64,000 nucleotides of DNA, taken from positions 672,001-736,000 of the forward strand of contig CAWETW010000003.1 of the NCBI GenBank assembly GCA_963812155.1. The letters run 5' to 3'. This document shows, in pieces, positions 59,041 to 64,000 of this stretch. The stretch is from Vulcanimicrobiota bacterium (GTDB taxonomy: Bacteria > Vulcanimicrobiota > Vulcanimicrobiia > Vulcanimicrobiales > Vulcanimicrobiaceae). The position numbers and the translations under genes were made by a program. A model generated the notes under the pieces. That model saw only the letters and a program-made list of their open reading frames with translations. It ran no database searches and had not been told where the DNA came from. How positions within the stretch are numbered: position 1 is the stretch's first letter; each line of letters starts with the position of its first letter.

Positions 59041-59880
59041 ATGACTAACTTAATGAACGAGCGTTTTCGAGTATCAGGCAACCGCTTAGGGTTAGTCGCG
59101 ATTCACGTAGGCGCATTAGCCGCTTTCATACCGGCGACGTTTAATTGGAGCGGCCCGATCGTTGCGGCCGTTGTTCTGTATTTGACCGGCGCGCTAGGCG
59201 TTACGCTTTGTTACCACCGAACCTTGACGCACCGCGGCCTGCGGATGCGCAAACCCTTGGAATACGCGCTTGCGATTCTCGGTGCGCTGGCGCTGCAAGG
59301 CGATCCGATTCGCTGGGTAGCCACCCACCGCAAGCATCACGCACATTCTGACGCTGCGGGCGACCCGCACGGGCGTAATATAAGTTTCCGGTGGGCGCAC
59401 TTTCGTTGGCTTATCGAGACCAACGAGGCAATGCCGACCACTGAAGAGCTGGCTCACTTTGCGCCCGATCTTCAAAGGGAGAGATTTTACCGCGTGCTGC
59501 AGCACATCCACGCGCCGATGCAGCTGCTTCTGGCCGGGCTGCTCTTCGCGCTTGGCGGATGGACCTGGGTGATATGGGGAATCTTCGTGCGCCTCGTGAT
59601 AAGCTACCACGCGACGTGGTTAGTCAATAGCGCCGCACACTCGCTGGGCTACCGAACGTATCGCACGAGCGACCTCTCAACCAACTGCTGGTGGGTCGCA
59701 TTGCTCGCGTGGGGCGAAGGATGGCACAACAACCATCATGCGTTTCCGTACTCCGCACGACACGGATTGCGCTGGTTCGAAATAGATCTCACCTGGTGGA
59801 ACGTTCGACTACTGGCGTTCCTGAAGCTCGCCGATCGCGTTCGACTTCCCACTGCCGTGGCGATGCGCCGTACCGTTTAA
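59041..59880 (+). CDS. delta-9 type fatty acid desaturase
   Basis: His boxes YHRTLTH, HRKHH and WHNNHH; GDPH, LVNSAAH. Confidence 0.93.
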   Translation: MTNLMNERFRVSGNRLGLVAIHVGALAAFIPATFNWSGPIVAAVVLYLTGALGVTLCYHRTLTHRGLRMRKPLEYALAILGALALQGDPIRWVATHRKHHAHSDAAGDPHGRNISFRWAHFRWLIETNEAMPTTEELAHFAPDLQRERFYRVLQHIHAPMQLLLAGLLFALGGWTWVIWGIFVRLVISYHATWLVNSAAHSLGYRTYRTSDLSTNCWWVALLAWGEGWHNNHHAFPYSARHGLRWFEIDLTWWNVRLLAFLKLADRVRLPTAVAMRRTV

Positions 59881-59894
59881 GTCGGAGGCAACGC

Positions 59895-60719
59895 TTAGAG
59901 CGGCTTTACGAGCACGATCGGTTTCGTAAAGTATTCCACGCCGGCCTTCTCTAGGATGGCTTTGCCTTCACCGTCTACCAGGAAATGCTCGAACGCCTTT
60001 CCCGCGTCGGGATGCGGAGCGTCGCGCAGTTCGGCAATCGTGTAGGTAATGTGGTCGCTCATTGCCGCCTTGCCCGGCAACGGAACGAATCGTAGCCCTC
60101 GCGCGACGGCTTCGCTCTTGTAGAAGAAGCCGATGTCGGCCTCCCCGGCATCGATGCGCGCCAACAAGTCTTCTTCGGGAAAGATCTGCGCGTTGTTTTC
60201 CGGATCGCCGAGGATGCGTTTCTCGCCGTCGGCTCCGGCCAGCAGCGTCATTGCTTCCACGGTATAGACGCCTTTGGGATCGAGCCTCGGGTCGGTACGG
60301 CCGATCGCTACGCCCGGAGTGGAAAGCGCCGCAACGACCGTCGTCTTGCCCGCCGCGACGCTTTCGAACAATGCGGCGTGTTTCGAGTTATTGGACCACC
60401 CGATTCCGAGGCTGGTCGATGCAAACGTCTCGGCATCGGCGACTTTGGAGCCTAAGCTCAACACGATCTTCGGATCGACGCTGATAAAGACGTCCGGGCG
60501 TTTTGCATCTGCGGCGATGAGATTTGCGAGCATCTTGCTTCCGCCGCCTTGCCCTTGAAAGTCGATGCCCCGCTGCGCGAGAGCTGCTTTTACCGGGCCC
60601 TCCATCGGCGTAACCAGCGAGCCGGCATACAGAACCGACACAACTTGAGTTGCAGCGAAGGCCGGCAGCGTGGATATCGCTATACAGGCGGCGACCCACG
60701 CCCATTTCGAAACTTTCAT
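59895..60719 (-). CDS. ABC-type oxyanion (molybdate/tungstate) substrate-binding protein
   Basis: Signal peptide, LYAGSL, GGS..LA, DVFIS.D, GRTDP..DPKG. Confidence 0.8.
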   Translation of the reverse strand: MKVSKWAWVAACIAISTLPAFAATQVVSVLYAGSLVTPMEGPVKAALAQRGIDFQGQGGGSKMLANLIAADAKRPDVFISVDPKIVLSLGSKVADAETFASTSLGIGWSNNSKHAALFESVAAGKTTVVAALSTPGVAIGRTDPRLDPKGVYTVEAMTLLAGADGEKRILGDPENNAQIFPEEDLLARIDAGEADIGFFYKSEAVARGLRFVPLPGKAAMSDHITYTIAELRDAPHPDAGKAFEHFLVDGEGKAILEKAGVEYFTKPIVLVKPL

Positions 60720-60879
60720 CGCGCCATCGTAGCATTTCCGGATGCCATAGGCCAATCCGGCGGGCCGGCACGCACGCGCCGGCCCGTCGCTTTGCATTTT
60801 TGCTCTTACGGGTTAATCGCGGCGTCGGATGGCTATGGCGTGAAAAGGCTGAGACCGCTTCGGTTGCGAAGCGGCTGGC

Positions 60880-61446
60880 ATGCGGAAACTCACGTGCCTC
60901 ATAGCGTTCCTGGCGCTTGCGTCGGCGCCCGTCGTTGCTGCGGAGACGTGGTCGGTCGATCCCGTTCACTCCACCGCTCAGTTTACGGCAAAGCATTTCG
61001 GCATCGTGCCGGTGATCGGAACGATCCCGGTCGTCAAAGCATCGCTGCAAATGAATGCCGGCTCGGAGATTCCCGTGAGCGCATCGGCGGAGCTCGACGC
61101 ATCGCGGATCGACACGCACAACGATAGCCGCGACCGCGACCTCAAATCCGACCATTACTTCAACGTCTCGTCGACACCGAAGATTTCGTTCGAGAGTACC
61201 AAAGTCGAGGGCACGGATCCCAAGAACTTTACGATCGCCGGCAACCTCACGATGCACGGACAAACGCATCCGATCCTGTTGCAAACGCGCGTCGTCGGAT
61301 CCGGCACGTCGCCTCGCGGCAAACACGTCGTCGCCTACGCGGCGACGGCGACCATCGACCGGACGCAATGGGGCATGAGTTACGGACCGCTCATCGTCGG
61401 CAACGACGTCGACCTTTCGCTCAACGTCGAAGCCGACGGACCGTAG
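60880..61446 (+). CDS. YceI-family polyisoprenoid-binding protein
   Basis: WSVDPVHS..QF..KH.G, IDT.N..RD.DLKS, GNLTMHGQT, IDRTQWG. Confidence 0.92.
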   Translation: MRKLTCLIAFLALASAPVVAAETWSVDPVHSTAQFTAKHFGIVPVIGTIPVVKASLQMNAGSEIPVSASAELDASRIDTHNDSRDRDLKSDHYFNVSSTPKISFESTKVEGTDPKNFTIAGNLTMHGQTHPILLQTRVVGSGTSPRGKHVVAYAATATIDRTQWGMSYGPLIVGNDVDLSLNVEADGP

Positions 61447-61451
61447 CTCGC

Positions 61452-63098
61452 CTACACGGGGAGCGTGACGACCACGTGGCTGCCGGAGCCCGGAACGCGC
61501 TCGACTTCGACGCGGCGCGCCAGCTTCGACACGAGGAACAGCCCTCGCCCGGACTCGGCCCACAGGTTCTCCGGCAGAGCCGGTTCGAGATTGAAGCCGC
61601 GCCCTTGATCGATGACGTGCAGGATCGCCTCGCGTTTACGAAACTCGAGCGACACGCTCAACGGTCCCGGCGCGTGTCGTACGGCGTTGCCGATGAGTTC
61701 TGCGAGAATCGTTCCGCATGCCGACATGTCGGCATCGCTGGGCGAGCAGTGCGTGCGTAAGCTTTGGAAGAAATCGTCGCGCGAAACGTAGGCTGCCCGC
61801 GCATCGCCGGCTTCGAACTGCCAGCGCATATCGTCCTTCGCAAAGTTCAACACCATGATCGCGATATCGTCGCGGGGAGCGTGCTTCACGATCGAGCGCT
61901 CGATAAACTCGGCGGCGTTGGCCGAATGCAGCACCGCCTCGGACGACAGAACTCGACGCAACATTTCCTCACCGGCGATGGCATCGCGATCGATTTCGAT
62001 GATGCCGTCGGTGTAAAGAGCGAGCATGCTGCGTTTCGGGCATTGAATGACGTGCTGCTGGAACGTCATGCCGGCAAAGGCGCCTAACGGTGCCGAAGGC
62101 GATCGCAGGGCCTGCACGTCTCCGTTGGGGAGGCGCAAGAACGGCGGCGCGTGTCCGGCCGAGACGTAGCGCAGCGTGTGCCCGTCTTGATCGAGGAAGC
62201 CGATGAACGCACTCGCGAGGCGCTCGCTGCCTTCGTGGAGCAGCAGACGATTGCAGGCGTCGGCAACCTTCTCCGGTTCGCGTGCGTCCAAGGCCGCCAC
62301 GCGAATCGCCTGACGCATCAGGACCATGAGGCGCGCGGCTTCGACGCCCTTGCCGGTAACGTCGCCGACGGCAACGACGATCTCGCCTCGTTCGTTCTCG
62401 AAGGCGTCATACCAGTCGCCGCCGATGTCGGATTCGGTCGAGCCGGGCCGGTAATGGGCGGTCACCTCCAAGTCCACGCGCGACGGAAAGCGGCGAGGCA
62501 AGAACGCACGCTGCAGCGTTTCTGCAACGTATTGCTCGCGATGAAACTGCTTTGCGTTGGCAACCGCAGACCCGGCGCGGCGCCCGATCTCGATCGCAAA
62601 AAGCAGGTCGCTCCGGTCGAACTCTTCACACATTCCGGTTCGTACGAACGTCAAGGCGCCAAAAATGTGATTCTGAGCGACGACCGGCACGACGATCTTC
62701 GATCGGTAACCGAACTGGCGCATGTACTGCTCGTGCTGACGGGAGGCCGCATGCCGCGTGATGACCTCGTCGTCGATATGGGGTAAGAAGAAGGGCTCGC
62801 CGGTGCGCGTCACCTGCACGACGGGATGTATGCCGAACTCCTCGACATACAGAATCGTCGTGACGCTCGCCAGCGCTTTTTCTTTGCTGCGGTCGCGGTG
62901 TGCCGATGCCGTGACGAAGAGACGATCGGATCGCTCGTCGATTAAATCGAACAGGCAGAGATCGGCGAACGACTCCACTGCGGAGCGCGCGACGTTGTTG
63001 AGGGTTTCCGTGACGTCGAGGGATTGGTGAAAAATCTCACCCGCACGTACGAGAAGGGCAAGCCGCTCTTGATCGCGGTTCTCGGCCGCACGGTTCAA
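61452..63098 (-). CDS. GAF-PP2C (SpoIIE/RsbU) phosphatase with C-terminal HATPase domain
   Basis: GAF domain, LQRAFLP, GGDWYD, GDVTGKG, SAGH.PP, LYTDG, DDIA, ELIGNAVRHA, SGRGLF. Confidence 0.92.
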   Translation of the reverse strand: MNRAAENRDQERLALLVRAGEIFHQSLDVTETLNNVARSAVESFADLCLFDLIDERSDRLFVTASAHRDRSKEKALASVTTILYVEEFGIHPVVQVTRTGEPFFLPHIDDEVITRHAASRQHEQYMRQFGYRSKIVVPVVAQNHIFGALTFVRTGMCEEFDRSDLLFAIEIGRRAGSAVANAKQFHREQYVAETLQRAFLPRRFPSRVDLEVTAHYRPGSTESDIGGDWYDAFENERGEIVVAVGDVTGKGVEAARLMVLMRQAIRVAALDAREPEKVADACNRLLLHEGSERLASAFIGFLDQDGHTLRYVSAGHAPPFLRLPNGDVQALRSPSAPLGAFAGMTFQQHVIQCPKRSMLALYTDGIIEIDRDAIAGEEMLRRVLSSEAVLHSANAAEFIERSIVKHAPRDDIAIMVLNFAKDDMRWQFEAGDARAAYVSRDDFFQSLRTHCSPSDADMSACGTILAELIGNAVRHAPGPLSVSLEFRKREAILHVIDQGRGFNLEPALPENLWAESGRGLFLVSKLARRVEVERVPGSGSHVVVTLPV

Positions 63099-63195
63099 AG
63101 GAAATCCTCCGGGGCGTCCCTACCCGCTTTAAAACGTCCATAAACTGCCGAACGGAAGAAGCACCGCCTTGGCGGCCCTTGAGGAGGGCTGACGC

Positions 63196-63630
63196 TTACT
63201 GACCGCGACGGGTTCGAGACTTCGAACTGCTCTTCGCCGCCGATGTTTTCACCCTGAGCGTGTTGTGCGCGACGGCTTCCTTAATGAGCGCCTTCAGAGC
63301 GCGCTCGTCTAACTTGTCGCCTTCGAAGATATCGATCGCGCGTCGCTGATTGCCCTCGAGGCCGGCGTTGAATAACTTCGCCGGATCCTCGAGTGCCGCG
63401 CCGCGATCGAAGGTGACCTTCACTTTGCCCTTATGCGGATTCATAACGAAGATGATGCCGTTCTTCGAGTAGGTCGGCGTGCCCATCCACTTCCACTCCT
63501 CGACGATCTCCGGATCGACGCCCAGGATCAGTTTTCGAATTTTTTCGAGCACGTCGCCGCGCCAGTCGGCCGTTTCCTGAATGAGGTTATCGACTTGCGC
63601 TGAGGCGCTAAGGTTCTTCGTCTGTTTCAA
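63196..63630 (-). CDS. DUF1801-family protein
   Basis: WRG..L..IR.LI, EEWKW.GTP, GA.L.DP..LFN..LEGN.RRAID; TTG start inferred. Confidence 0.85.
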   Translation of the reverse strand: MKQTKNLSASAQVDNLIQETADWRGDVLEKIRKLILGVDPEIVEEWKWMGTPTYSKNGIIFVMNPHKGKVKVTFDRGAALEDPAKLFNAGLEGNQRRAIDIFEGDKLDERALKALIKEAVAHNTLRVKTSAAKSSSKSRTRRGQ

Positions 63631-64000
63631 ACCCGCCGTCCTTCCGAGGATGTTCGATGATGGCTTTCGCCAGGGTGGCGCGATCGGCAATGAAGTTGAT
63701 TGCCGCGATGCGGTCTTCCGCTATGGTGAACGCAAACGCGACGCGCAATTCGCCCTCGTGCAGCCACACCGCTCCGGGCGAGCCGTCGATCGATGCCGGT
63801 TGGGCGGCACGCGCCCGTCCGGAGAAGGTGCGCGCCACCGCATCCGCACCTTGGATGCCGTCCGCAAGGCGATCGTTTTGCCAGTAGTCCGCGCCGCCCA
63901 TCGCCATGACCGCGGCGTCGGCGCGAAGCGTTGCCGCCGGATCGAGCAGCGCGAGCAGCGCCCGGATATTGCCTGAACGCGATGCTTGAAGAAACGCGCG
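63608..64000 (-). CDS. ECF41/SigJ-type sigma factor, C-terminal SnoaL-like extension (partial)
   Basis: RAFLQASRSGNIRALLALLDP...LRAD, GADAVA..F, IDG.PG, RI..I..IAD; runs off the window end. Confidence 0.75.
   Translation of the reverse strand, partial: RAFLQASRSGNIRALLALLDPAATLRADAAVMAMGGADYWQNDRLADGIQGADAVARTFSGRARAAQPASIDGSPGAVWLHEGELRVAFAFTIAEDRIAAINFIADRATLAKAIIEHPRKDGGFETDEEP

Noticed and set aside
1..64000. Many long overlapping or antisense ORFs in the track (e.g. 179..1174, 1727..3220, 5952..7742, 23253..24845, 35963..37510)
   Set aside because: Arg/Ala-rich shadow frames of recognisable genes, expected in high-GC DNA
1..64000. CRISPR array, tRNA, rRNA, integrase or transposase
   Set aside because: No regularly spaced repeats, cloverleaf or T-loop signatures, or catalytic motifs recognised by eye

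Overview
High-GC bacterial DNA in two parts. Positions 1-38.6 kb are core chromosome: phospholipase C-family lipoprotein, acyl-CoA dehydrogenase, CoA-transferase A/B, ABC exporter, htrA-dnaK-grpE-dnaJ, a Yip1/TolC/MFP/two-permease/ATPase (MacAB-type) export operon, rnj, an isocitrate/isopropylmalate dehydrogenase-family gene, ftsK, futalosine-pathway mqnE-mqnA-mqnC, mnmA, rodZ-yajQ-rimO, an LCP protein, a polysaccharide deacetylase and secA. Positions 38.6-59.9 kb are an accessory region with weaker codon bias. It holds secreted beta-propeller/beta-helix lipoproteins, gene remnants, a MarR pair, an arsenic operon and a copper/haem redox cluster. That cluster is a soluble CuA protein, a Cyc2-like monohaem cytochrome-porin and a trihaem cytochrome c, next to an ECF sigma/anti-sigma pair divergent from a cupredoxin and a metallophosphoesterase. 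Core-like genes resume after about 59.9 kb. The gene content suggests Candidatus Eremiobacterota/Vulcanimicrobiota; this is inference only. Top observations: (1) the Cyc2-like electron-transfer module; (2) two copies of a 104-bp rod-shaped hairpin element (1636-1739 and 4819-4922) related by five compensatory base-pair changes and overlapping stop codons; (3) 56-bp inverted repeats bracketing a 4-kb cargo after secA; (4) mirror-symmetric divergent ECF promoters. Many single-indel frameshifts fall in housekeeping genes and probably reflect long-read consensus errors. No rRNA, tRNA, CRISPR array, integrase or transposase was recognised.
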